Part shown: piece by piece, positions 9,842 through 19,323 of the stretch
Layout of the letters: the number at the start of each line of letters is the position of its first letter
How positions within the stretch are numbered: the stretch's first letter is position 1
DNA from: an uncultured delta proteobacterium
Lineage (GTDB): Bacteria > Desulfobacterota > Binatia > UBA9968
Assembly (NCBI GenBank): GCA_963804165.1
Contig: CAWDPO010000001.1
Coordinates: forward strand, 1-64,000
DNA length: 64,000 nt
Direction: 5' to 3'
Notes under the pieces: generated by a model
The model's database searches: none
What the model was told of the DNA's origin: nothing
Seen by the model: the letters and a program-made list of their open reading frames with translations, nothing else
Position numbers and translations under genes: made by a program

Positions 9842-10852
9842 ATGAAAAAAACAATTCTAACAGCTACTCTGCTGTTAATTCTTGCGCCATCGGTTTCGGC
9901 GCAAGAGAAGAAACTCGAACCTCTGGTTGTTTCCTACGCCTCTGTGTCCGGCAGCCGGGCGCCGTTGTGGATCGCCAAAGAGATGGGACTTTTTGAAAAG
10001 TATGGCCTGGATGGTAATCCGATTTTTGTGCCTGCAGGCTACCCTTCCATAAGCGCCTTGATCAGCGGCGACGTTCACTTCATCGCTACCGGCGGATCGG
10101 TAGTTGCGGCCGCGTCCGCACAGGGCGCGCCCGTGGTCATGGTCGCGACCCTCGGTTCGATTGCGTATAAGCTCATGGCTCATCCGTCAATCTCGTCCGT
10201 TAAAGAACTCAAAGGCAAGGTGATCGGCGCGTTGCGGCCGGGCACGACGACGGACTTCGTGTTGCAGCGGATTCTCCTGAAACTTGGCCTCGTGCCGGGC
10301 AAGGACGTCACGATCATGCCGACCGGTCTGAGCCGATCAGACGAGAGGCTGCTGTTGATGTTTCAAGGTAAGATTCATGCGACCATCGGAACGGTGGACA
10401 ACCTCGCGCAGTTGGAATTAAGAGGCTTGAAGGTGAACGTATTGGCTGATCCAGTTGAGTTGGGTGTCGCGACTCCCGCCAGCGACATCTCCTCGACGCG
10501 ACAGTTTTTAGCCAATCATCGCAATCGGGCAAAAGCGTTTCTCAGAGCTTTTTGCGAAGCGATCTGGCTGGGAAGGAATAATAAGGAGATCGCCTTCCGC
10601 GCTTACCGTAAATATATGAGGATCGACGAGCCCAAGCTTTTGGAATCGATGCATCGAAACTATTTGTTAACCTCTATCCCCGTTAAACCTTATCCGATTG
10701 AAGATGCGATCCAGGCGGATATTGAAGACTTGAGCGCGAGCATCACCGAGCTGAGGGGCAAAAAAGCCGCTGACTTCATGGACCGATCGCTTTTGAATGA
10801 ATTGGAAAGCGAAGGATTTTTTGCCCGACTGCATGGGCAAAAGACGAAATGA
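9842..10852 (+). CDS. ABC substrate-binding protein, SsuA/NMT1-like
   Basis: Signal peptide, RAPLWIAKEMGLFEKYGL, LGLVPGKDV. Confidence 0.8.
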   Translation: MKKTILTATLLLILAPSVSAQEKKLEPLVVSYASVSGSRAPLWIAKEMGLFEKYGLDGNPIFVPAGYPSISALISGDVHFIATGGSVVAAASAQGAPVVMVATLGSIAYKLMAHPSISSVKELKGKVIGALRPGTTTDFVLQRILLKLGLVPGKDVTIMPTGLSRSDERLLLMFQGKIHATIGTVDNLAQLELRGLKVNVLADPVELGVATPASDISSTRQFLANHRNRAKAFLRAFCEAIWLGRNNKEIAFRAYRKYMRIDEPKLLESMHRNYLLTSIPVKPYPIEDAIQADIEDLSASITELRGKKAADFMDRSLLNELESEGFFARLHGQKTK

Positions 10853-10919
10853 TCGGCCTCCAGGAAACCAAGAGTGTTTCCGCTCGGAAACTGATCCAGT
10901 TTTCGCGCTAGTTTCACTT

Positions 10920-11843
10920 ATGCAAACCTTACGACTCGCCTACCGTGATGAAGACCGTACGCCGGTCATCTTCTGCATCAAGGAGATGGCGCAACGCCAC
11001 TACGACGTGAATGTCGAGGTCATCCTGATCAAAGGAACAAAAGATTACGAAGCGGCGCTGTTCAACGATGCGTGCGACGTGATCATCGAGCACTTGGAGT
11101 ACCTCTACCCCGCGGCCGCGCAGGGAAAGAGGGTCACCATGTTCTGCGCGCCGAGCCTCGGGCGTGGTTTGGAGTTGGTCGTCCCGGCTACCGTGCAAAG
11201 CGTGGAAGCTCTCAGAGGGAAAAATCTGGCAGTCCGCACTTCCGGCAGACCTCACGCGCTCGTGCTGTGGCTCAGAATGATGGGGCTGGAACAGGACGTG
11301 AAGATCGTCATGGTCGATGACCATGAGGTTGGCAGATGGGGCCAATGGAAAAAAGTCCTGAGCGGCGAATGCATTGCCGCCTTCCTGTCCGATCTGTACT
11401 TGCCTGACGCGCTTGCTGGCGGTTTGAAAGTTTTGCCGGTTTCCGATCTCCCGGTGGTCGCTCATTATGCCCAGGCTTGTCTGTCGAAGTTTGCAAGAGA
11501 GAGGTCAGATCTTCTTAGGAACTATACCAAAGCGGTAATTCATGCTGTGTGTTTGATGATCCTAAAAAAGGCAGAAGCTTTGAAAATCGTCGCCCAGGAG
11601 CCGATGAAGCGGATGAAGATTACCGATCACCGTGAGTTAGAAAGGCAATTCGATTCGATTGTAAAGCTTCTTCAGCTAAAACCCTATCCGACACCCCAGG
11701 CGATCACCAATACTTTTGCGATTGCCACTGAGGAATTCGGCGCCGGCGACATCAATCCTTTGACCCTTTGGGATCTCCATTGGGTGAAAGAGCTCGATGA
11801 AAATGGCTTTATCGATGGCTTAATAACCCAAATGAAGCGATGA
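10920..11843 (+). CDS. SBP-fold (NMT1-like) protein without signal peptide
   Basis: LRGKNLAVR and KPYPT motifs; no hydrophobic N-terminus. Confidence 0.6.
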   Translation: MQTLRLAYRDEDRTPVIFCIKEMAQRHYDVNVEVILIKGTKDYEAALFNDACDVIIEHLEYLYPAAAQGKRVTMFCAPSLGRGLELVVPATVQSVEALRGKNLAVRTSGRPHALVLWLRMMGLEQDVKIVMVDDHEVGRWGQWKKVLSGECIAAFLSDLYLPDALAGGLKVLPVSDLPVVAHYAQACLSKFARERSDLLRNYTKAVIHAVCLMILKKAEALKIVAQEPMKRMKITDHRELERQFDSIVKLLQLKPYPTPQAITNTFAIATEEFGAGDINPLTLWDLHWVKELDENGFIDGLITQMKR

Positions 11844-11890
11844 TGGGCGGAGCGAAGCAAAATGGAGCGTCGTAAAAATTCGTTCCGGAG

Positions 11891-11980
11891 TTCCCCCCTT
11901 TGCGAAAAGGGGGGTCAGGGGGGATTTCGAACTTACCGCGATAACAAATCCCCCTCAATCCCCCTTTTTCAAAGGGGGAG
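11891..11980. repeat. Inverted pair of CCCCCTTT..AAAGGGGG hairpin units (REP-like)
   Basis: ttcccccctttgcgaaaaggggggtcaggggggattt ... aaatccccctcaatccccctttttcaaagggggag. Confidence 0.75.
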
Positions 11981-11995
11981 ATCAAGATATTCAAA

Positions 11996-13021
11996 ATGAA
12001 AAAAAAGAAAATCTCTGCCGTCAGACTGACAGCCTTCATTCTGCTTTTACTTTCAATCTCCGCGGGCTCAACTGCCCAAGACAAGAAGCCTGAAGTTCTA
12101 AACGTTGCCTACACCTCAGCCACCGCGACCCGCGCTCCCCTGTGGATCGCCAAGGAAACCGGACTGTTTGAAAAACACGGAGTCGATATCCGACTCATTT
12201 ATATTCGGGCGGGCAGCCCGTCGATCAGCGCGCTCGTTTCCGGAGACGTTCATGTGAGCTCGGATCCTGCCGCCGCCGTGGCTCTTGCCGGGGCGCGTGG
12301 CGCTCCTGTCGTCGTGATCGGCACCTACGGCTTGGCTAGCTACCGTTTAGTGGCTCATCCCTCGATCACTTCGGCGCAACATCTAAAAGGTAAGACCATC
12401 GGGAGCGTTCGTCCCGGCAGCGGCCCTGACGCCCTGCTGCACCGGTTCCTGCCAAAGCTAGGTTTGGTGCCGGGCAAGGATGTCGTGCTCCTACCCACTG
12501 GCATTTCGGAATCGAACAAGCGAATAACCGGGATGCTGCAAGGTAACTACGACGCCACTCTCGCCAGCTTGGATAATATCGTTCAAATGGACCTCCTGGG
12601 GCAGAAGATTAACGTCATTGCCGACCCCGCCGACTTTGGGGTGCGCACTTCGGTGAGTGATTTCAGTTCGACGCGGCCGGTCGTCAGGGAACGTCGAGCC
12701 GCGGTGAAGGCCTTCTTCCGGGCTTTCATTGAAGCTGCTTGGCTGGGGCGGAAAGACCGCGATCTGGCGTTTCGCATTTTTCGCAAGTATCTCAAAGTCG
12801 AAGATCCGAGGCTGTTGGATTCCATGTACAAAAACTATTTGGGAGTGAGAAATCCCTTGAAGCCCTATCCCTTGGAGGATGCTCTGGACGCGGATATTGA
12901 GTATCTGAGTAAGACTCTGGTTCCTGAGCTAAAGGGCAAAGGCGCCGCCGATTTCATCGACGCATCCGTGCTGCGAGAAATTGAAAACGAAAATTTCTTC
13001 ATCCGTCTGGAGCAGCGATGA
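11996..13021 (+). CDS. ABC substrate-binding protein, SsuA/NMT1-like
   Basis: Signal peptide, RAPLWIAKETGLFEKHG; paralog of 9842 and 20586. Confidence 0.8.
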   Translation: MKKKKISAVRLTAFILLLLSISAGSTAQDKKPEVLNVAYTSATATRAPLWIAKETGLFEKHGVDIRLIYIRAGSPSISALVSGDVHVSSDPAAAVALAGARGAPVVVIGTYGLASYRLVAHPSITSAQHLKGKTIGSVRPGSGPDALLHRFLPKLGLVPGKDVVLLPTGISESNKRITGMLQGNYDATLASLDNIVQMDLLGQKINVIADPADFGVRTSVSDFSSTRPVVRERRAAVKAFFRAFIEAAWLGRKDRDLAFRIFRKYLKVEDPRLLDSMYKNYLGVRNPLKPYPLEDALDADIEYLSKTLVPELKGKGAADFIDASVLREIENENFFIRLEQR

Positions 13022-13063
13022 GGTCCCGCTCTTAAAAGGCCGCGCGACGAAGGAGTTGTATCT

Positions 13064-14101
13064 ATGGGAGAAATTCTCGGCATCGGCATGACCCACGCGC
13101 CGCACCTTCAGTTCACCGACGAGAACATGGCCAACGTGCTGCGCCGCTTGCTCAAGAGCGAGCGCACGCCAGAAGCAATGAAAAACCCGCAGAACTGGCC
13201 GGCGGGCATGCGCGCGGAATGGGGCAATGACGAGGGACTAACCGCCGCGCGCAAGCATCGCGCCGCGCTCCTAGAGGGAGTGCGCGCCGCGCGCGCCGCG
13301 CTTGACGCCTTCCAGCCGGACTGCATTTTAATATGGGGCGATGACCAGTACGAAAACTTTCGCGAGGACGTGATTCCGCCCTTCTGCGTTTACGCTTTCG
13401 ATGAAGTCGACTGCGCGCCATTTAAAGCGAGCGACGGCCTCGGCGCCGACACCAACGTCTGGAACGAGCCCAAGGATACAGTCGTGAAAATCAAAGGGCA
13501 TCGGCAGGCGGCGAATCTGCTTGCCGAAAAGTTGCTCGAAAATGGCTTTGACGTTACCTGGTCCTATCGATTGCATCACGCCCAAGTGCTCAGCCACGCC
13601 TTTGCACGGACAATTCTGTATCTCGACTACGATCGCAAAGGTTTTCCCTATCCGATTATCCCTTTCCACGTGAATTGTTATGGCAGCAATCTGCGCATCA
13701 AAGGAAACTCTATCGAAGGCCGGCCGCCGCCTTCGCCGGCGCCTTGGCGTTGCTACGATCTGGGGAAACAAATCGCACGCATCGTCGAGGAAAGCCCGTG
13801 GCGCGTGGCCCTGATCGGCTCATCGAGTTGGTCCCACGGCACGCTCACGGCCAAGCATCACTTCTTGTATCCCGACGTGGAGGTGGATCGCCAACGTTTT
13901 GCGGAACTACAAGCCGGGAAGTTGCGACAGTGGCGCGACCTGGATGCTGAGCAGATGCGCTCCTCCGGCCAGCATGAAATGTTGAATTGGCTCTGTCTGG
14001 CGGGCGCAATGGAAGGGCGCAAGGCTTCACTGCAGCTTTTCGTCGAGTCTTATATTTTCAATTCGGACAAGGCGATGGTTTTGTTTCCACCCGCGCTCTG
14101 A
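13064..14101 (+). CDS. LigB-fold extradiol dioxygenase
   Basis: GIGMTHAP, WGDDQYENF, SHAF, SSSWSH, GQHEMLNW. Confidence 0.8.
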   Translation: MGEILGIGMTHAPHLQFTDENMANVLRRLLKSERTPEAMKNPQNWPAGMRAEWGNDEGLTAARKHRAALLEGVRAARAALDAFQPDCILIWGDDQYENFREDVIPPFCVYAFDEVDCAPFKASDGLGADTNVWNEPKDTVVKIKGHRQAANLLAEKLLENGFDVTWSYRLHHAQVLSHAFARTILYLDYDRKGFPYPIIPFHVNCYGSNLRIKGNSIEGRPPPSPAPWRCYDLGKQIARIVEESPWRVALIGSSSWSHGTLTAKHHFLYPDVEVDRQRFAELQAGKLRQWRDLDAEQMRSSGQHEMLNWLCLAGAMEGRKASLQLFVESYIFNSDKAMVLFPPAL

Positions 14102-14138
14102 CAAATAGGCGCGAATTCAAATCTTCAAGGAGCGATGT

Positions 14139-14945
14139 ATGAAGAAAGTCACCGTCGTGGACATTCAACGCATGAAGCAGGAGAAGAAAAAGATCGTCAC
14201 GATGACCGCCTATGATTTCCAGATGGCGCGCATCATCGACAAGGCCGGCGTCGACATCATTCTCATCGGCGACAGCGGCGGACGTTACTTGTTAGGGCAC
14301 GAGGACAACAACTCGGTGACGATGGACGAGATGGTGCTGATGGCGCGCTGCGTCAGCCGCGGGGCAGCACAGGCGCTGGTGGTGGCGGACATGCCGTTTA
14401 TGTCCTATCAAGTGAGTCGCGAAGACGCGCTGCGCAATGCCGGCAGGTTGATTCAGGAAGCCGGCGCGCAAGCGGTCAAGCTCGAAGTGGGCGCTGCCTA
14501 TGCGCCGACCGTCGAAGCCGTGGTCAAAGCCGGTATTCCGGTCATGGCGCACATGGGACGCACGCCCATGACGACGATCGGCAGCGACTATCGTTCTGGA
14601 TCGGCCGACGAAGCGCAGGTTATCCGCGACGCCGAAGCGCTCGAGGGCGCCGGAGCTTTCTCTTTGCTGCTCACCGGGATTTCGCCGGAGCTCGCCGAGA
14701 GAATTACTGCGAAGGCGAAGATTCCCACGATCGCGGGCTTCGGCGCCGGCGACCGCTGCGACGGCCAGATCGGCGTTACTCACGGCGTCGTGGGATTTAC
14801 CTTGGAAGAGCTCGAGCGGCCACGCTCCGCGTACGGTCCGGTGGCGGTGTCTTTGTTCGAGGCGGCGGAGCGGTTTACCGCCGACGTACGCTCCGGCAAG
14901 CCGGTGCGCTCGCGCCAGGACCAGAGCGTTAAGGACGCCAAATAA
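14139..14945 (+). CDS. PanB-like (ketopantoate hydroxymethyltransferase family) protein with divergent active site
   Basis: TAYD, IGDS, VADMPFMSY, AVKLE and DGQ retained; LVLE replaced by LLLT. Confidence 0.8.
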   Translation: MKKVTVVDIQRMKQEKKKIVTMTAYDFQMARIIDKAGVDIILIGDSGGRYLLGHEDNNSVTMDEMVLMARCVSRGAAQALVVADMPFMSYQVSREDALRNAGRLIQEAGAQAVKLEVGAAYAPTVEAVVKAGIPVMAHMGRTPMTTIGSDYRSGSADEAQVIRDAEALEGAGAFSLLLTGISPELAERITAKAKIPTIAGFGAGDRCDGQIGVTHGVVGFTLEELERPRSAYGPVAVSLFEAAERFTADVRSGKPVRSRQDQSVKDAK

Positions 14946-14997
14946 CAGCTTGCTTAAAGTTTGTTGGCAAGGATCGCGCGATGCGTGTGAGCGAAGC

Positions 14998-15068
14998 GGA
15001 GTGATGGAGTATTGGAGTACTGGAGTGTTGGGTCTTAAATGCATCACTCCATTATTCCATCACTCCAA
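14998..15068. repeat. Inverted arrays of 8-bp TGGAGTRN / ACTCCA units
   Basis: ggagtgat ggagtatt ggagtact ggagtgtt ... catcactccattattccatcactcca. Confidence 0.75.
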
Positions 15069-15139
15069 ACTCTGCCGAGGTTATCGTATGCAACGAAGCA
15101 TCTGACGATACTTCGGCAGCCTGCTAGATCGGAGGAAGA

Positions 15140-15997
15140 ATGGCAGAGCTTGTAGAAATCATGGGCATCAGCCACAGTCCGAATTTTCCGGGGCAGATAG
15201 CGGAGCCTAACCCTGAGCCGGCGATCGTCGAGGGGGCGCGCGATTACGAGCTGATGAGGCAGCGAATGGCAAGCACCAAGCCGGATGTTTTGGTGGTGAT
15301 CGCCAGCGACCACCTCAATCAGTTTTTCATGGATAATATGCCGGCGTTTCTGGTCGGCAAGGCGCCAAGGGCGGAAGGGCCGTTTCCGCATGAAATGCGC
15401 ACCTTCGGTATCGCGCCCTATCGCGCTGACGTCGAAGTCGACGTGGCGAAGAACATGCTTCAGTTGGCGCCGAAGATGGGCGTCGACTTTTCGTTCTCCG
15501 ATGAGTTTCGCATCGACCACGCGTTCACCGTGCCACTCAACTTCATCCGGCCGGAAATGGATCTGCCGATCGTCCCGATTTTTACCAACGTGATGGCTCC
15601 GCCCGTTCCGCCGGCCCAGCGCTTCTATGAAGTCGGCAAAGCCATACGAAAGATCATCAATGAGCTGCCTTCGAACAAGCGCGTGGGCGTGTTGTCGAGC
15701 GGCCATCTCGCCATTGAGATCGGCGGACCGAAGGAAGGACGCTCTTCTTCAGACCCGGAGTTCGATCGGAGGATGATGAACCTGGTCGGCCGCGGTGACG
15801 TGGAAAACGTAATCGAGGAAGCGACCTGGGATCGGATGATGGCGTCTGGCAATGTGACTCCCGGGTTTTTGAATTTCGTATTGCTGATGGGATTGGCTGA
15901 TGGGAAGCCCCCTAGCGTTTCGGGAGTTCGCTTTCCGAAATCCAAAGGCTCGGTCCCGTACATGGCTTGGGACAGTCAGCCGGGAGTGCTGCCATGA
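15140..15997 (+). CDS. LigB-type dioxygenase beta subunit, atypical C-terminal ligands
   Basis: GISHSP, ASDHLNQFF..NMPAF, IDHAFTVPL; SGHLAIEIGG in place of GGxSH. Confidence 0.8.
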   Translation: MAELVEIMGISHSPNFPGQIAEPNPEPAIVEGARDYELMRQRMASTKPDVLVVIASDHLNQFFMDNMPAFLVGKAPRAEGPFPHEMRTFGIAPYRADVEVDVAKNMLQLAPKMGVDFSFSDEFRIDHAFTVPLNFIRPEMDLPIVPIFTNVMAPPVPPAQRFYEVGKAIRKIINELPSNKRVGVLSSGHLAIEIGGPKEGRSSSDPEFDRRMMNLVGRGDVENVIEEATWDRMMASGNVTPGFLNFVLLMGLADGKPPSVSGVRFPKSKGSVPYMAWDSQPGVLP

Positions 15998-16281
15998 GCA
16001 AGTTTCAGGTGGACAAGGTGATGCGCGAAGCGATTCTAGACCCCAAAGTCGCGAGCGCGTTCAAGGCCGATACGGAGAAGTTTCTCGAAGGCCGCGACCT
16101 GACGGAAGCAGAAAGAAAAGCATTGATCGATGTCGATTACGCCACGCTCTATCGCCTCGGCGCGCACCCCTTTCTTCTCAATGGATTCACGCGATTGGTG
16201 TGGAAAGGCGACAAGGCGGCCTTGAACGCCGAGTACAGAAAAAATATTGCGCCTTTCGGTTACCCGGACTTTTCGACATAA
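15994..16281 (+). CDS. LigA-like small subunit
   Basis: LTEAERKAL...DYATLYRLGAHPFLL; ATGA-coupled to the LigB-type gene. Confidence 0.7.
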   Translation: MSKFQVDKVMREAILDPKVASAFKADTEKFLEGRDLTEAERKALIDVDYATLYRLGAHPFLLNGFTRLVWKGDKAALNAEYRKNIAPFGYPDFST

Positions 16282-16283
16282 AC

Positions 16284-16319
16284 GGTTCAAACAGTTAAAG
16301 TCGTTCAACGTGTTCAAAT
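16284..16319. repeat. Short GTTCAA-type tandem repeats
   Basis: ggttcaaacagttaaagtcgttcaacgtgttcaaat; similar tracts at ~4188-4211, ~55033-55100 and ~62169-62256. Confidence 0.5.
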
Positions 16320-16362
16320 TGTCCGGACTTGCAATGTCGTTGAAGCGTAGAGAGAGGGTGTT

Positions 16363-17121
16363 ATGGCGAAGAAAGACAACAAAACAATTCAAGATCTAAA
16401 GCGGCGCCTCTTGGAGGCAATCCGCATTCTGAGCGCAGAAGGCGTGCTCGACGGCTCCGGCCATTTGAGCGCAAGGATCCCCGGCACCGAAACTTTTATT
16501 ATCAATCCGCGTTACGCGGGCGTGCTCGCCGATCCCGCCGATTTGTGCGTCGTCGATTTTTCCGCAAAACGCGTCGCTGGGACAGAGCCGATTCCCTTAG
16601 AAACCGTGATTCACAGCGTCATTTATAAGTCGCGCACCGACATCGGCAGTGTTCTGCACTGCCATCCTCGATTCAGCATTCTCGTGGGTCTGCAGGAGTC
16701 CAGTCTTATCCCATTCAATCGCGACGCCAGGTTGTTTGCCGACGGCGTGCCGATTTTTCCGAACAGCGCCGGCATCAATTCCGAAAAGCTCGCTGCGCAG
16801 ATGTTGGAAGCGATGGGCGACCACTACGCGGTGTTTCTCAAAGGCCACGGCATCGTCGTGTCAGAGCAAACCATCGAGGGCAACGCCGTCTCGGCGATCC
16901 GGCTGGAAAGGGCCGCGCGCGATCAAATCTTGCTCTCATCGTTCAGCCAACCCAAACCTCTGTCCGATGGCGGAAGAAGTCGACTCAGATCTCGCATGGA
17001 TCATCCCTACCGAATATGGCCCTACCTTTTATATCAACACGGGATCAAATCGAAAAAGGATGCGCGGAAACTCACCCGGTCGATGTTGAAGCAAATTTGG
17101 CCGGACGAAATCAAGTTATAA
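16363..17121 (+). CDS. Class II aldolase/adducin family protein (possible decarboxylase)
   Basis: GHLSARIP, PLE..IH..IY..R.D, VLHCHP, LKGHG. Confidence 0.85.
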   Translation: MAKKDNKTIQDLKRRLLEAIRILSAEGVLDGSGHLSARIPGTETFIINPRYAGVLADPADLCVVDFSAKRVAGTEPIPLETVIHSVIYKSRTDIGSVLHCHPRFSILVGLQESSLIPFNRDARLFADGVPIFPNSAGINSEKLAAQMLEAMGDHYAVFLKGHGIVVSEQTIEGNAVSAIRLERAARDQILLSSFSQPKPLSDGGRSRLRSRMDHPYRIWPYLLYQHGIKSKKDARKLTRSMLKQIWPDEIKL

Positions 17122-17217
17122 ATGGCGGACATCTAGTCTGATGTGCGATTTGAGCTCGACGCGACGTCGCTTGAATGCCAGGCGTCTCAGATTTTCTGAG
17201 ACCGTAAATTTCTCCAA

Positions 17218-18171
17218 TTAGTAACCTAGGTCTTTATTAATCAGCGGAATCGGCTCGCCCGAGAGAAATTTTCTCAAATTGTTTTGGAAAATCGGAATCA
17301 AGCGCTGCCAGCGCTTGGGTGTAAAGCCGGCGATGCGCGGCGTGATGATCACATTTTCGAGCTGCCATAATTCAGAATCTGGCGGCAGCGGCTGACGCGG
17401 TAGCGCGTCCAGTAGCGCGCCCGCGATCCATTTTTCCCTCAACGCCTGCGTCAGATGGTCTTCTTTGATCGCCTTTCCAGCCGTGAGGTTAATGAGAAAA
17501 GCGGACTTCTTCATCAGCCTGAGTTCCTCCAGGCCAAGAATGCCAAACAAGGCTGGAGTCGACGGCAGGGTAATAACGAGAAAATCGGATTGGCTGAGCA
17601 AATCTTTGAGCCGATCGGCAGTCCAAAGCTCGTCGACGAAATCAGGTTTGGCGGCCGCGACTCTTTTCACGCCCAAAACTCGCATGTCGAACGCTTTGGC
17701 CCGGCGCGCCACCGCGGAGCCGATCGTGCCGAGACCGAGGACACCCAGGGTCATGCCGGAAATTTCCAGAGGCATGGTTCGCTCCCAGCGTGATTCCAGT
17801 TGGGCATGGAAGAAGTGCGGAAACTTTTTCGCCAGGAGGAGAACGCTGCCTAAGGCAAACTCGGCGAATTGCACGCCGTCCAGCGCGGGAACGACGCTCG
17901 CGACAACGTCACTATTCCGCAGCTTCGGATCAATCAGCTCATACGCCGTGCCGCGCGTAAACTGAACCCACCTTAAATTAATCAGCCGCCCCATCAAATC
18001 GTCGGTCACTTTCGCGTCGGTAAACACGACGTCGACGCTCGCAAGCCAGGCGGAGTCGGCGTCCTCGTCCTTGCCGCACCAAAACTCCGCCCGTGGCTCC
18101 CGGCGTTTTAGCTCTTCCACCCATTGATCGGGTAAGTTTTCGATCCGAATCCAAACGCGTCTAGTTTCCAT
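17218..18171 (-). CDS. D-2-hydroxyacid dehydrogenase family protein
   Basis: GVLGLGTIG, SDFLVITLP, IAGALLD, NVIITP; usual Arg/Glu/His catalytic positions appear substituted. Confidence 0.8.
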   Translation of the reverse strand: METRRVWIRIENLPDQWVEELKRREPRAEFWCGKDEDADSAWLASVDVVFTDAKVTDDLMGRLINLRWVQFTRGTAYELIDPKLRNSDVVASVVPALDGVQFAEFALGSVLLLAKKFPHFFHAQLESRWERTMPLEISGMTLGVLGLGTIGSAVARRAKAFDMRVLGVKRVAAAKPDFVDELWTADRLKDLLSQSDFLVITLPSTPALFGILGLEELRLMKKSAFLINLTAGKAIKEDHLTQALREKWIAGALLDALPRQPLPPDSELWQLENVIITPRIAGFTPKRWQRLIPIFQNNLRKFLSGEPIPLINKDLGY

Positions 18172-18344
18172 ATTTCAATTTTCCGTACGATTAGAGACGG
18201 CCTCTATCGTAGCGCTGTTTTCTTGTCAATCGATGCGATCGCACGCGCTGCTGAATTTGACAACCCGCCGTAGCATCGATAAAAACTGAAAGCGAATTTC
18301 AGCTGTGTAAAAGTTTGGTGCAGTCATAGAAAAGAGGTGCCGCT

Positions 18345-19323
18345 ATGGGTCGCATCGTCGCCGGTTTCGCGTCTTCTCACGCCAACACCCTCGTCGAACC
18401 CAGCCGCTGGGATGAACGTCGGGAACATAACCGGGTCGGCTATAAAAAGCGCTACGGCGTGGAACCTCCGATCCATCCGAAGATTGCCGAGGAGCCTCAT
18501 TGAAATAAGGCAGCGGCGGTACCAGCCGATTCGCGACGGCTTGATATTTCTGCGCGATCGCCTGCGTGAGAAGAAGCCCGATGCGTTGATCCTGATCGGC
18601 GATGATCAGAACGAAAATTATCGCGAGGACAACTTGCCGCAAATCGCCATTTTCGTCGGCGATCAGCTCATACCCGTAGATCGCCACAACGAGGGCAATC
18701 AGGGCCAGCGTGTTTCCTATCGCTGTCACAAGGAACTTGCGAAGTGTTTGTTAAATGGATTGGTCGAGCGCGACTTCGACGTCGCCTCGAGCAAGTCCTT
18801 TCCGCGCGAGGAATTGCTCGCCCATGCCCATGCGCCGATCTTGCGCCGGATCATCCCCGACGCCGACGTTCCCGTGGTACTGATATTCGTCAACGCGATT
18901 CATGTGCCGACCATCAGCCCCAAAAGATGTTATCGGTTGGGGCAAGCGATCAAAGACATCATCGATCATGAACGTCCCGCGGGAGAGCGCTTCGCGATCT
19001 ACGCTTCCGGCGGTCTCTCCCACTTCACCGCGGGTTATCCGTGGGCGCACTACAAAGGGTCGCACGCCTATGGCTCGATTTGCGAGGAATTCGATCACAA
19101 ACTCATCGATTGGATGAAGCGGGGAGAAGGAAAACAATTTTCCGGCTTTTCGTCCCAGGATCTTTTAGACAACGGCGAAATCGAGTTGCGCAGTTGGATT
19201 ACGCTATTGGGCACCGTAGGGCAAACTCCCGCACAAGTTCTCGCCTACGAGCCGTTTTACAGCGCGAATATGGCAATGTCCGTCGCATTCTGGAATTTGG
19301 AGGAGGTGCGGGAAGAAAGTTAA
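18345..19323 (+). CDS. LigB-fold extradiol dioxygenase (GDDQ subtype), frameshifted near 18498
   Basis: ATG 18345 reads MGRIVAGFASSHANTLVEP...KIAEEP, then continues in another frame as IEIRQRRY...IGDDQNEN...GGLSHF...ELRSW; a single extra base explains the shift. Confidence 0.8.

Noticed and set aside
14139-14945. Calling this gene panB for pantothenate synthesis
   Set aside because: Catalytic Glu absent and context is catabolic; symbol withheld
14998-15068. CRISPR-like array
   Set aside because: Units are only 8 bp with no spacers and no cas genes
17184-17202. Palindrome gtctcag-atttt-ctgagac resembling the operator
   Set aside because: The spacer is 2 nt too long and it lies between convergent genes; more likely a terminator hairpin
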